From positions 480,001 through 544,000 of the forward strand of contig CAWCRS010000003.1 in the NCBI GenBank assembly GCA_963798085.1: a stretch of DNA of 64,000 nucleotides, read 5' to 3'. Origin of the DNA: an uncultured Gemmatimonadales bacterium. Its GTDB lineage: Bacteria > Gemmatimonadota > Gemmatimonadetes > Longimicrobiales > RSA9. Below are positions 1 through 10,178 of the stretch, one piece after another. The position numbers and the translations under genes are program-made. Position 1 is the stretch's first letter. Every line of letters begins with the position of its first letter. The notes beneath the pieces are model-generated. The model worked only from the letters and a program-made list of their open reading frames with translations. It was not told the origin of the DNA and did no database searches.

Positions 1-663
1 TTCGGGCCTTTCAGTCTGGAGCAGCTGGACAATCTGCTGCGACTGGATCGCGAGCTGGGCGTATTCTTCGCCGACCTCGACCGCATTGTGGGTCGCGATC
101 GCTGGCTGCTCGCGCTTTCCGCGGATCACGGCGTGATGACCGAGCCGGAGTATGTGCTCGAGCATGGCGGTCAGGCGCACCGCATTTCACGCGAAGAATC
201 CGCGCGCATGCGACAGATCACACAGGGCGCAACGGCTGCGGGTGGTGGTGCGGCCGCCATTCGGGACCGCGCCAGTGCCGCCCTTGCGGCCCTGCCCTGG
301 GTATCGGCCGTCTACTCCTATGAGCAGTTGGGTGCGGAAACGGCGCCCGCCGATTCGTTCATCCGGCTGTACCGCAATTCCTATGTGCCCGGCCGCGCGT
401 CCGGCAGCTTCTACCGTCTCGGTCTCGCCGTGCGCTGGACCGAGGGCACGATCGCGGACCCGCACGGCTCGACGCACGGCACGGCGTACCTCTACGACCG
501 CACGGTGCCCATTCTGTTTTATGGAGCGGGGATACGTCAGGGCGTATCGGCGGTTCCCGCGCACACCGTCGACATTGCGCCCACGCTGGCCGCGCAGCTC
601 GGAATTGCGCCGCCGGCCGGTATTGACGGTCGCAGTCTGCAGGGAGAATTGCGACGACGCTGA
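1..663 (+). CDS. Alkaline phosphatase superfamily protein (PafA/NPP-like), 5'-truncated by the window edge
   Basis: Frame open from base 1 (FGPFSLEQLDNLLRLDRELG); motifs SADHG, STHGTAYLYDRTVPILFYG and VDIAPTLA. Confidence 0.85.
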   Translation, partial: FGPFSLEQLDNLLRLDRELGVFFADLDRIVGRDRWLLALSADHGVMTEPEYVLEHGGQAHRISREESARMRQITQGATAAGGGAAAIRDRASAALAALPWVSAVYSYEQLGAETAPADSFIRLYRNSYVPGRASGSFYRLGLAVRWTEGTIADPHGSTHGTAYLYDRTVPILFYGAGIRQGVSAVPAHTVDIAPTLAAQLGIAPPAGIDGRSLQGELRRR

Positions 664-754
664 TTGCACGCGTCACGCGCAGTGCAGCGTTCCCTCTCGC
701 CGCACCAGAACACCGACGGCCCGCCAGCGTTGCAGCCGGCGGGCTGTGTCGTGT

Positions 755-1192
755 TCAGCCGCGCATCATGGCGTCGATCTGCGTGCGGATTTCGTCCAGC
801 GTCTTGCCCTGCTTGTGCAGCTCGAAGGCGAGGGCAGCTTCGCGCAGGCAGACTTCGCAGTTCGCGCCGTGGTCGCTTTCGAAGCACGTGAGCAGCGACC
901 GGTGGCCGAAATTGTGGGCGCACTCGCAGTAGCAGTAGAGCCCGTCCAGAATGCCCGGGATCTCCTTCGCATTGGCGTACACGCGCGCCACGTCGGCTGC
1001 CGCGGCGTAGCGCTCGGCGGGCACGATGTGATCTGCCGTCACGTCGGCGCGCGGCGCGGGATGGTGTCCGCGTCCGCCGCGGCTGGCCAGTCCCCGCCAG
1101 GTCACGGCTCCGGCAAGCAGTATGGCCAGCACCCAGATGAACACGGGAACGCGCGGCGAGGAACGACGGGCATTGCGGTTTCTGCGACTCAT
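755..1192 (-). CDS. Membrane-anchored Cys-rich protein, PCYCGC-motif-like
   Basis: N-terminal hydrophobic helix; LYCYCEC..H.SLLTCF...HGANCEVC pattern; AGGAGG RBS upstream. Confidence 0.7.
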   Translation of the reverse strand: MSRRNRNARRSSPRVPVFIWVLAILLAGAVTWRGLASRGGRGHHPAPRADVTADHIVPAERYAAAADVARVYANAKEIPGILDGLYCYCECAHNFGHRSLLTCFESDHGANCEVCLREAALAFELHKQGKTLDEIRTQIDAMMRG

Positions 1193-1233
1193 GACTCACC
1201 TCCTGGTCGCCGAAAAATCCCGGGACGCCCGGT

Positions 1234-1261
1234 CCCTGTCAACCGTGTAATTGTGACAGGG
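1234..1261. promoter_or_regulatory. Perfect 8-bp inverted repeat (candidate operator) between divergent genes
   Basis: CCCTGTCA-N12-TGACAGGG. Confidence 0.35.
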
Positions 1262-1286
1262 CCTCGCCAGCGTTTACTTTTCCGCC

Positions 1287-1841
1287 ATGTTTGAGGATTG
1301 GAAACAGGCGTGGCGAGACGCGGTCGAAAACTTCCGTCGGGAGCTTACCGGTGACGAGCTGTCGGCTGGCGCACGGGCGCGCGGCATGAACCGCGAGCTG
1401 CAGGCTGCGCAGGGTGCGCTGGAGAAGCTGGAGTTCGAGATCAACCGCACGCGGCGTGAGGCCACCGAGGAGCGGGAGAACGAGCAGGTCTGTCGCCGCC
1501 GAGAGGAAATGGCGAGGAAGATCGGCGACGAAGAGACCGTGCGCATCGCCATCGAATTCGCCGTGCGTCATTCGGAGAAGGCCGGTGTGCTCGAGCGCAA
1601 GGTGGTGGTTCTCGTCGAGGAGCGTACCCTGCTGGCGCGCGATCTCGATCACATGAAGGCCGTGCTGGCGGAGCAGGGCATCAGCGTTGAAGAGCCGGTG
1701 GCGCAACTGGACACGGCAGCGCTGCACGAGCTCGCGGAGGAGCGTCGTCGCCAGGACCGTGATTTCGGGCGGCTGGAGCGCGAGGCAAAGGAAAAAGCCG
1801 CGGCCGAACGTCTCGAAGAACTGAAGCGGAAGATGCGCTGA
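1287..1841 (+). CDS. PspA/IM30-like coiled-coil protein
   Basis: 184 aa, all-helical and charged; A..A...GDE...RIA pattern and C-terminal ERLEELKRKM typical of the PspA family. Confidence 0.6.
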   Translation: MFEDWKQAWRDAVENFRRELTGDELSAGARARGMNRELQAAQGALEKLEFEINRTRREATEERENEQVCRRREEMARKIGDEETVRIAIEFAVRHSEKAGVLERKVVVLVEERTLLARDLDHMKAVLAEQGISVEEPVAQLDTAALHELAEERRRQDRDFGRLEREAKEKAAAERLEELKRKMR

Positions 1842-1880
1842 AGCGGCAACGACCCATCGTCGCCTGCCATCCGTTCCCGG

Positions 1881-3284
1881 TCAGCGCCGCATGACCGGCG
1901 ACGCCGCAAACACACTGCTAGCCACGTTTCCCGCCGCTGCGGCGCGGGCCAGCAGGTTCCTGGCCACACCGTAGAGCACGCGTGTGCGATCCGTCGGATC
2001 ACCGGGATCCAGCGGTGTGCCCGAGGTGAACGTGCCCGCCTGCGGGTCGGCCAGCACAATGGCGACGGTCACCGTGGCCGAATCGCCCGGCGCCAGGTGC
2101 AGCGGGCCCGCGGTCACCGAGATGCGCACGTCACCCGATGCGCCCGGCAGATGGCCGATGCGCGGATCGGGATGATCCTTGTCGAAGGACTTCGTGCCAC
2201 TCAGCATCAGCCAGCCGGTCGGCTCACTGATCTGCCCCGCGACCCAGTCGAAGTCGGGCGCCGTCGTGGTCCAGCCGTTGAGGATGATGCGCGTCCCCGC
2301 CGGCGCCTCCACCATGCGCAGCCCCACCAGCCCCGGCCCCCTGTTGTAGCCGGCCTGGAAGTCGTTCTCCTCGAAACGGAAATCGTACGCGAACGCCATG
2401 TTCAGGTCCGGATCGTAGCTCAGCATGTCGTCCGAGGAGATGCCGATGTCCGGGTCCAGCAGAAAGCCAATGTAGGCCTGGTCGTAGCTCAGGCCGCCCG
2501 CGGGAATGGTGTTGTCCAGCGACCGGTATAACGGATTGTTAGTAATGTTCGTGAATGTCAGGTGCAGCAGCACCACGTCCTCCACCGCCTTGCTGGCCAC
2601 GGCGTGCTCCGAGATCTGGATGCCACGCACCGTGGGCCGCCCCAGTGCCCCCGGTGGCGGCACGATCCACGTGTCGTGCGTGATGTCGAGCCGGTCCGCG
2701 GTCTGCACTACCACGGGCGTCGGCCGCCCGGCCAGGTAGACGTTGTCGTAAATGCCCAGCGCCACCGTGTCACGACCACCCAGAATGCCGGCGAATCCCA
2801 CCATGCTCCCGGTCGCGTAGCTGTTGTTCGTGATGTCGGGCCAGAGAATGCCGTTGCCGCCACCCGGCGCAGCGCGCTCCAGGAAGAACGTGCCCACAGG
2901 GTTGTCCGCGAAGCGCACGCGATTCGCTGCGTAGTGGCGGAACTGGTTCGCGTAGCAGAGACCATCGCCGCAGCGATTCACCAGCGGCCCGCTCAGGGTG
3001 AGAACACTGTCGTTGTCCGGCACGAACACGCGCGCCGTGAAACCGTAGAGCGCCTGGAAGGTGTCGATCTGCACCGAGATCTGACGCTGGCCGCCGATGC
3101 GGCGTACCGTGTCGGGCGTCAGGTGTCCCGTATCCTTCTGGTCCACGAGGATGTGTGCGCCGGGCGGATCCGAATCCACGAACACGGTGCCATTCCCGCC
3201 GTTCAGTGGACCGTCCGCCTGGCGGCATCCTGCCAGTAGCAGGAATGCCGCAATCGCTCGCCATCCTCGCCTGTGGTGGAGCAT
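1881..3284 (-). CDS. PEGA-domain lipoprotein
   Basis: Lipobox LLAGC; PEGA motif VDSDPPGAHILVD..TG..TP. Confidence 0.7.
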   Translation of the reverse strand: MLHHRRGWRAIAAFLLLAGCRQADGPLNGGNGTVFVDSDPPGAHILVDQKDTGHLTPDTVRRIGGQRQISVQIDTFQALYGFTARVFVPDNDSVLTLSGPLVNRCGDGLCYANQFRHYAANRVRFADNPVGTFFLERAAPGGGNGILWPDITNNSYATGSMVGFAGILGGRDTVALGIYDNVYLAGRPTPVVVQTADRLDITHDTWIVPPPGALGRPTVRGIQISEHAVASKAVEDVVLLHLTFTNITNNPLYRSLDNTIPAGGLSYDQAYIGFLLDPDIGISSDDMLSYDPDLNMAFAYDFRFEENDFQAGYNRGPGLVGLRMVEAPAGTRIILNGWTTTAPDFDWVAGQISEPTGWLMLSGTKSFDKDHPDPRIGHLPGASGDVRISVTAGPLHLAPGDSATVTVAIVLADPQAGTFTSGTPLDPGDPTDRTRVLYGVARNLLARAAAAGNVASSVFAASPVMRR

Positions 3285-3296
3285 TTGGCTTTGCGG

Positions 3297-4478
3297 TCAG
3301 AACCTCGCACGGAACAGCGTGAGCGCGACGCCCGGCTCCCGCCTCCGTCCGCCTCTGGTCTCGATGGGCAGCATGCGCATCGTGGGCCACACGTCGCCCG
3401 GGCGCCAGTGTCCGCTGCTCAGCTCGAGCAGCGCATCGCCGCTGTCGTCATCGCCGGGACCCCGCACTGCCGCGTCATAGTGGCGAGTTGCGGCGGCGCC
3501 CATCCCCAGACCTACAACGCTCAGGCCCAGCGGGATCCCTACGCCCACCTTGACATCGTTCGGCTGGATGATGAGATCGAGGCCGGCACCCGCCAGTCCG
3601 CCCATGACACCGGCAATGCTGATGAGCCGGGCACGATTGCGGCTCAGGTTCCAGCCCCGGGCCAGCACTGCGGTGGACAGCAGGCCCACGTCGCCCCCAA
3701 TGAGCGTGGACGCGAGCAGGTCGTCATTCTCGATGCCCGCGATCACACCGCCGGCCAGGCCGAACCATGTGCCCCAGAGTGCGCCGAAATTGACGGTCGA
3801 TGCCACGCCGGCCGGTATCTGCATCTTCGAGATCAGCGTGCCGCCGGCCATTCCGGTCACGCCGCCGATCACCGTCCCGAGGAAGCGCCTGCGTGTGCCG
3901 TTCGCGTCACAGACGCCGGACTCGCAACGGTAGCTTTTCTCGCCCCAGTCCGTCACGTCGGCCCAGCCGAAGCCCTGCCATATCCCCCACGTGCCGCCCA
4001 GGGTGATGGCCCTTGCCTGTCCTTCGCTCAGCGGACGCGAGTGCGCGATGCGCGCACCCGTGAGAAAGCCGACCGGCCCGCCGACCAGCAGGCCCACGCC
4101 AAACGGCGCAGGATCGTTTGCCCCGAACGCTGCGGGCACCGCGACACCCAGCCACAGTCCGAACAGCGTGGACCACACCTGCAGCTCCACACGTCCGCTG
4201 CGCTCCTGCTCTTCTCTTGCTCTGCCGCCGAGCATGGTGCGCGCATCGCCGGCCGCGGAGGTGTCCGCGTAACGGTCGATGATGAGCCCGTAGATGGCAT
4301 TGGCGATGTCCGTGCGACCGGCCGCCGCGAAGTGCTTCGCCGCATCCAGCAGCACGGCCGCGCTGTCCGCGCGTGTCGCCTGACTGGTCTGCGCCCGTGA
4401 TCTGCTAGGCGTGACGAGCCCGCAGACCGAGAGCATCGCCAGGAGTGCGAAGGTGCGGAGTAGCCGGGGGAAGATCAT
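3297..4478 (-). CDS. Secreted/membrane protein with a TPR-like N-terminal segment and glycine-zipper helices
   Basis: Start MIFPRLL (signal peptide ending RAQ); repeated GxxxGxxxG hydrophobic segments; ends in Phe. Confidence 0.7.
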   Translation of the reverse strand: MIFPRLLRTFALLAMLSVCGLVTPSRSRAQTSQATRADSAAVLLDAAKHFAAAGRTDIANAIYGLIIDRYADTSAAGDARTMLGGRAREEQERSGRVELQVWSTLFGLWLGVAVPAAFGANDPAPFGVGLLVGGPVGFLTGARIAHSRPLSEGQARAITLGGTWGIWQGFGWADVTDWGEKSYRCESGVCDANGTRRRFLGTVIGGVTGMAGGTLISKMQIPAGVASTVNFGALWGTWFGLAGGVIAGIENDDLLASTLIGGDVGLLSTAVLARGWNLSRNRARLISIAGVMGGLAGAGLDLIIQPNDVKVGVGIPLGLSVVGLGMGAAATRHYDAAVRGPGDDDSGDALLELSSGHWRPGDVWPTMRMLPIETRGGRRREPGVALTLFRARF

Positions 4479-4549
4479 GCGCGTTCCGGGGGCGGCCACC
4501 CGGTCACGGGTGTCCGCCTCATTCAATTGATGTCGGGTTTTGGACGGGA

Positions 4550-4921
4550 TCAGGCGTCGGGTCGGTCGCGAACCACCGTCCACTCGAGTACTGCCCGTGC
4601 GCGGCGGGCCGCTTCCAGCGCGGTCTCCAGCTCGCTCACGATGTAGCGTGCGCGCCGGCGCCGGTCCTCCAGCTCCTGGCCGTCGCGTTCTATATCTGCC
4701 ACCGCCTGTATCGCGTGGCTGGAGCGGCGGACAACTTCCCACAGATGCTGCCGGTCGAGTTCGCCTTCACAATCTTGCAGTCGAGCATCGGCTGTGCGAT
4801 CGATTTCCTGTGCAATCATCCGGATCTGATCCTTCGCGAGCATGACATCCTCCATGATGGCGTGGTTCCGGATGGAGTCGATGAGATCCTCAACGGTGGT
4901 CGTTGATCGGCCAGTCGTCAG
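4550..4921 (-). CDS. Hypothetical helical protein (start uncertain; CTG at 4921 or a downstream ATG)
   Basis: Protein-like composition (EDLIDSIRNHAIMEDVMLAKDQIR); purine-rich RBS-like tract upstream. Confidence 0.5.
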   Translation of the reverse strand: MTTGRSTTTVEDLIDSIRNHAIMEDVMLAKDQIRMIAQEIDRTADARLQDCEGELDRQHLWEVVRRSSHAIQAVADIERDGQELEDRRRRARYIVSELETALEAARRARAVLEWTVVRDRPDA

Positions 4922-4952
4922 GATCCCTCGTTCCTCTTTCAATGACCGCCAT

Positions 4953-6471
4953 TCAGCGCACATCCCCCATGAGTCGCTTGACTCCCGGGCTGACGACCAG
5001 GGCAATGACGCCGGTGACCGCCACGAACATCGCGACACTCGAGAACAGTGCGCTGGGTGCGAGTGATTCCAGCCGGCCCGCGACCAGTCCTGCGAAGAGA
5101 TTGCCGAGAGACGCGCCAATGAACCACACGCCCATCATCTGTCCCACGCGATTGCGCGGCGCCAGCTTGGTGATCGATGAGAGTCCGACCGGCGAGAGGC
5201 ACAGCTCGCCCACCGTGTGCAGGAAGTAGGTGACAACGAGCCAGGCCGGCGAGACCAGGTGCGTGCCGGACGCATTGGCGGCCCCCCAGGCCAGCACGAA
5301 AAAGCCTGCCGCAAGACCCAGCAGACCGAGCGCGAACTTCAGCGGGATCGACGGATTGACGTTGCGGTTCGACAGCGAAGTCCAGACCCAGCCGAAGATC
5401 GGGCGCGAAAATGATGATGAAGATGGGATTGATCGACTGCAGCCAGCTCGCCGGCGCTTCCCAGCCGAAGATCGTGCGGTTCGTCATGCGCTCAGCAAAC
5501 AGATTGAGCGATGAGCCCGCTTGCTCGAAGCCGGACCAGAACAGCGCGGCCAGGATGAACAGCCAGAAGATCACCACCAGCCGTTTCTTCTCCACCGAGT
5601 CGTGCCCGCCCGCCGTCAGCAGATACGCGAAGTAGAGAATCGCCATGATGATGATGCCGTAGCCCAGACCGCGGGCAATCTGCTGCAGGGTGAGCACGAT
5701 CGCGCCCGTCGCCACGAGCACTGCGAACAGCGCCACCGCGAGCACCAGGCCGGCCAGCACCTTGTAGAACGCCGCCGCCTTTTCTCTCGCTTCCGCGGCT
5801 GCTTTCCCCACGAGGATGCCCGCCTGGCCCAGGTACTTGTCACCCATCTTGTACTGGATCAGACCGGCGGCCATGCCGATGCCGGCGAGCGAGAAGCCGT
5901 AATGCCAGTTGTACTGCTCGCCGAAAAGCCCGCACAGCAGCGGCCCCACGAACGCGCCCAGGTTGATGCCCATGTAGAAGATCGAAAAGCCCGCATCACG
6001 GCGCGCGCCGCCTTCCGGATACAGATCACCCACCATTGTGCTCACGTTCGGCTTGAGCAGGCCCGTGCCGAGAATGATCAGGCCCAGTCCCAGAAAGAAC
6101 GTGATCTGGTTGGGTATCGCCATGCTGAAGTGCCCCGCGGCGATGATGCAGCCGCCCACGAACACGGCGCGCCGCTGCCCCCACATGTTGTCCGCGATCC
6201 AGCCGCCCGGCAGGCTCATCAGATAGACCGACGCCGTGTACATCCCGTAGATCGCGGTCGCCCGGCTGATCTCGAAGCCCATGCCAGGGTTCGCACCCGC
6301 AGCCGCAGCGGTCATGAAAAGCACGAGGAGCGCCCGCATACCGTAGTAGCTGAAGCGCTCCCACATTTCCGTGAAGAAGAGTGTGGCCAGCCCTCGGGGC
6401 TGGCCGAAGAACCCGCCTGAAGGAGCGGCCGGGTTGCGAGGCGAGGCGGTGGGTGCCGTCTGGGTCGCCAT
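4953..6471 (-). CDS. POT/PTR family proton-dependent oligopeptide MFS transporter; one frameshift near 5400
   Basis: EMWERFSYYGMR, KPNVSTMVG and FYMGINLG motifs; C-terminus (GELCLSPVGLS) lies in ORF 4953..5297; removing one base gives about 505 aa. Confidence 0.9.
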
Positions 6472-6929
6472 GGGTCCTGCCGGTTCGGGTTCGTGAAGCC
6501 GGCCGCAGCCGTCAGCGGCATCGCGGTCGGAGGACAGGCGTTACCTGCGCGCTTGGCGCTTGGCGCTGCCCGCGCGGATGTGGACGCCTCTTGGAATGAG
6601 GCCGGGGACAGAGCCCAATGTAATACCCGCTCTCCTGCCTCTGCCACACCGGGGGATGAGGAGGCGACCTGATGCCGCCGGTCGCCTGCCCTTGCGCCAG
6701 GCTCCCGCGCAGCGCCGATGCACCGGACCTCCTTCGCGACCTGTTCTGATGCGGCCCAAACCCCGTTGCTGCCACTCCCGCCAGTCGCGCCGTGAGGCGT
6801 GTCTGGTAGCCGACGGGCGGCTCCGGGTTCCACACCAGGTCACCGTGTTCTTCGACCCGGTCTGACATGGCTGTGCCCGGCCCCTGCCTGCATTGACGTG
6901 CTTTCGTTTCACCCGACACGGAGGGTCCG

Positions 6930-7997
6930 CTGTCCGGCTTCGAGAACATCCTGGGCCACAGCCTGGCCGCCGATGCCATTCGCGCGTTCGGGCAGCGCGC
7001 CGCATTGGTTGATGCCACCGTCCTGCTCACCGGCGAGAGCGGTACGGGCAAGGGGCTTCTTGCGCGGGCCATTCACAGTGAGTCTGCCCGCGCGCGGGCG
7101 CCGTTCGTCACCGTGAATTGCGCCAGTGTGCCCGAATCGCTCTTCGAGACCGAGTTCTTCGGCCATATGCGCGGTGCCTTCACGGGAGCGCAGCAGTCGC
7201 ATCGGGGCCTGCTCGAGCAGGCCGATCGCGGCTCGCTCTTTCTGGACGAGGTCGGCGAGCTGACCGCCCAGCTGCAGGCCAAGCTGCTCACTGCCGTCGA
7301 GGATGGTGAGTTCCGGCGCGTGGGTGGGGAGCGCGTCGTGCGCGTGGACGTACGCCTGCTGGCTGCCACCGGTATCGACCTCGAGCGCGCTGTTCTCGAA
7401 GGCCGCTTCCGCCGCGACCTCTACCATCGCCTGATGGTACTTTCCTTTCGCATGCCCGCGCTGCGCGAGCGCCCCCAGGACATCGAGTTGTTTGCCCGGC
7501 ATTACCTCGAGCGCTACGCGCGGCGCTATGGCCGGCCGATCAGAGGCCTCGAGTCATCCACGCTCGCCCGGCTCCACGCCTGTCCCTGGCCTGGCAATGT
7601 CCGCCAGCTCGCGCATGCCATCGAATCCGCGGTCCTCTCCTGCGATGGCCCGCACATCCTCCCTCGCCACCTGCCCGATTCCGTTCTGGTGCCCGTCGGG
7701 CTCGTGCATGTGCGGGGATCCGTGAACGAAGCGACGACCGCTGACGTCGCGTCGGATTCGATGGACGGAGCCGCTGCCACCGCAGCACCCCGCCTCCGCT
7801 ACTCGCATTTCGGCCCCCGCTCCGACGAACGCCGCCGCATTGAGGATGCCCTTCGTCGCTGGCGAGGCAACAAGACGCGCGCCGCCCGCGACCTCGGCAT
7901 GGCCCGCAACACTCTCCGCGCCAAGCTCCGCTCCCTCCCCCTCGAGCCCGGTCCCGCTCATCCTGATCGTGCGCCTCCTCCCCCTCCAACCGACTGA
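6930..7997 (+). CDS. Sigma-54 enhancer-binding protein (AAA+ plus Fis-type HTH) with no N-terminal sensory domain
   Basis: GESGTGK, GAFTGA, LFLDEVGEL, WPGNVRQL and GNKTRAARDLG motifs; GGAGG then CTG at 6930; in-frame TGA at 6894 limits N-terminal extension. Confidence 0.9.
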   Translation: MSGFENILGHSLAADAIRAFGQRAALVDATVLLTGESGTGKGLLARAIHSESARARAPFVTVNCASVPESLFETEFFGHMRGAFTGAQQSHRGLLEQADRGSLFLDEVGELTAQLQAKLLTAVEDGEFRRVGGERVVRVDVRLLAATGIDLERAVLEGRFRRDLYHRLMVLSFRMPALRERPQDIELFARHYLERYARRYGRPIRGLESSTLARLHACPWPGNVRQLAHAIESAVLSCDGPHILPRHLPDSVLVPVGLVHVRGSVNEATTADVASDSMDGAAATAAPRLRYSHFGPRSDERRRIEDALRRWRGNKTRAARDLGMARNTLRAKLRSLPLEPGPAHPDRAPPPPPTD

Positions 7998-8262
7998 CCG
8001 GGAACACGACTCCACCACCCCTGAACCCAACCGCTCGCCCTTCCTCGACTCCCGCCACCCCCAACCGCGAACCCGGTGATCACCCGCACGGTTTCAACGA
8101 GCACCACCGAACACGAAACTCTTTCTGTGAATCCGTTACCGAGCCCGAGCCCCATCCCAAGCCCCAGCAACCGCAACAGCAAACCCTGTCCCCCCGCAGG
8201 GGTCGCGGCCTACCTTGCCGCCCGGTCGCAACGACAGCCTTGACCCAGCCTCCAGGAGCCCA

Positions 8263-10127
8263 ATGGACACTGCAGTCCTCGACGCCCTTCGCTCCCTCGC
8301 GGTGGACAGCGTCATGACGGCCAGTGAGCTGGAGTACCTCGGCGCATTATGTCGTGTGCTGGGCTATCTGCCGGGCGCCTACCTGTTCCATGAAAGCCAG
8401 CCTCGCCGCTTCTTCGGTGTGATCCTCAAGGGTCGCGTGGAACTGCAGAAGGGTTCTCGCGCGCGGCCGCGGGTGCTGCAGGTGCTCGGTCCCGGCGATT
8501 CCTTCGGCGAACTCAGCCTGTTCGATGACTACCCGCACAGCGCGACCGCCCGCGTGATCGAGCCGGCCGAAGTGCTGGAGCTCCCACGCGAAGCCATTGA
8601 AGGTCTGGCCCGCGAGCAGCCCGAGCTGTACACCCGCCTCGTGCGCGGCGCCGCACGCACCATCGCCGCGCGGCTGCGTGACCAGCAGCCCATCGGCGAA
8701 GCCTATGCGTCCGGTGAGATGCGGCGGGAGAAGGATCTGCTGGGCGAGCGCGATGTGCCCGCCATCCGCTACTACGGCGTGCAGACGCTGCGGGCGGTCG
8801 AGAACTTCCCCATCACCGGCATCGCCATCTCGCAGTATCCCAACCTCATTCGTGCCCTGGCCGCCATCAAGGAGGCAGCCGCCTGGTCTAACCACGAGTT
8901 GGGACTGCTCGAGGAGCGCATTGCCACGGCCATTGTGGCGGCGTCGCGCGAGCTGCGCGCCGGCAACCTGCACGGCGAATTCGTCGTCGACGTCATTCAG
9001 GGCGGTGCCGGCACGTCCACCAACATGAATGCCAATGAGGTCATCGCCAATCGCGCGCTCGAGCTGCTGGGTCTGCCCAGAGGGCGCTACGACGTGGTCC
9101 ACCCCAACGACCACGTGAACCTGTCGCAGTCCACTAACGACGTGTATCCGACCGCCATCAGCATCGCCTCCATCTGGCCAGTGGACGAGCTGGACCGGGC
9201 CATGGCCGCGCTGCGCGATGCGTTCCTCGACAAGGGCCGCGAGTTCGCGCACATCGTGAAGATGGGCCGCACCCAGCTGCAGGACGCGGTGCCGATGACG
9301 CTGGGCCAGGAGTTCCGCGCCTAGGCGGTGACCCTGGGCGAGGATATCGAGCGACTGCGGCGAAGTGGGCACGCTCGTTCGCGAGATCAACATGGGCGCC
9401 ACCGCCATCGGCACCGGCATCAACACCGATCCGCGCTACGCTGCGCTCGTGCGCGAGCAAGCTCGCGAGATCACCGGCATTCCGCTGGTCACCAGCCCGG
9501 ACCTGGTCGAGGCAACGCAGGATACGGGCGCCTTCGTGCTCGTCTCCGGCGTGCTCAAACGCGTGGCCGTGAAGCTCTCCAAGATCTGCAACGACCTCCG
9601 TCTGCTCTCCAGCGGTCCGCGCGCCGGCCTCGGTGAGATCGAGCTGCCGCCCATGCAGCCGGGCTCCAGCATCATGCCGGGCAAGGTCAATCCCGGTGAT
9701 TCCGGAAGTCGTCAATCAGGTCTGCTTCCAGGTCATTGGCAATGATCTCACCGTGACGCTCGCTGCGGAAGCCGGGCAGCTGCAGCTGAACGTCTTCGAG
9801 CCCGTCATTGCCTTCAATCTCTTCCAGTCGGTGGACATGCTCGTGCAGGCGTGTATCGTTCTGCGCGAGCGCTGCGTGGTCGGTATCACTGCGAATACGC
9901 GGCGCATTCGCGAGCTGCTCGAGCGCAGCATCGGCACGGTCACCGCGCTCGTGCCCTGGATCGGCTACGAGCGCGCTACCACTCTGGCGAGGGAAGCACA
10001 GGCGAGCGACCGCGGCGTGTACGAGCTGGTGCTGGAGAAAGGCTGGCTCAGTCGGGCCGAGCTCGATGATATTCTGTCGCCCGATGCCATGACGCGGCCG
10101 CGGCCCCTGCCGCCGCGTCCCGGCTGA
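8263..10127 (+). CDS. aspA: Aspartate ammonia-lyase fused to an N-terminal cyclic-nucleotide-binding domain; interrupted by a TAG at 9322 and frameshifts near 9360 and 9695
   Basis: cNMP motif [20 protein letters not shown]; aspartase motifs [38 protein letters not shown] and [10 protein letters not shown] spread over three ORFs; AGGAG RBS. Confidence 0.9.
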
Positions 10128-10178
10128 CACACCGCCGCGCTTCCTGACAGCGATTTAGCGAGCGGGACGAGCCCGCGT

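Noticed and set aside
8000..8200. C-rich tract with degenerate hexamers (CCGTTA CCGAGC CCGAGC CCATCC) and a GLGMGLGLGNG ORF on the minus strand
   Set aside because: Short low-complexity sequence with no regular repeat-spacer structure; not CRISPR and no support for coding
9322..9324. In-frame TAG in aspA as pyrrolysine or amber recoding
   Set aside because: It falls at a position that is normally aromatic (one substitution from TGG or TAC), lies close to two frameshifts, and TAG ends other genes here (hup, csp, transposase); error or mutation is more likely
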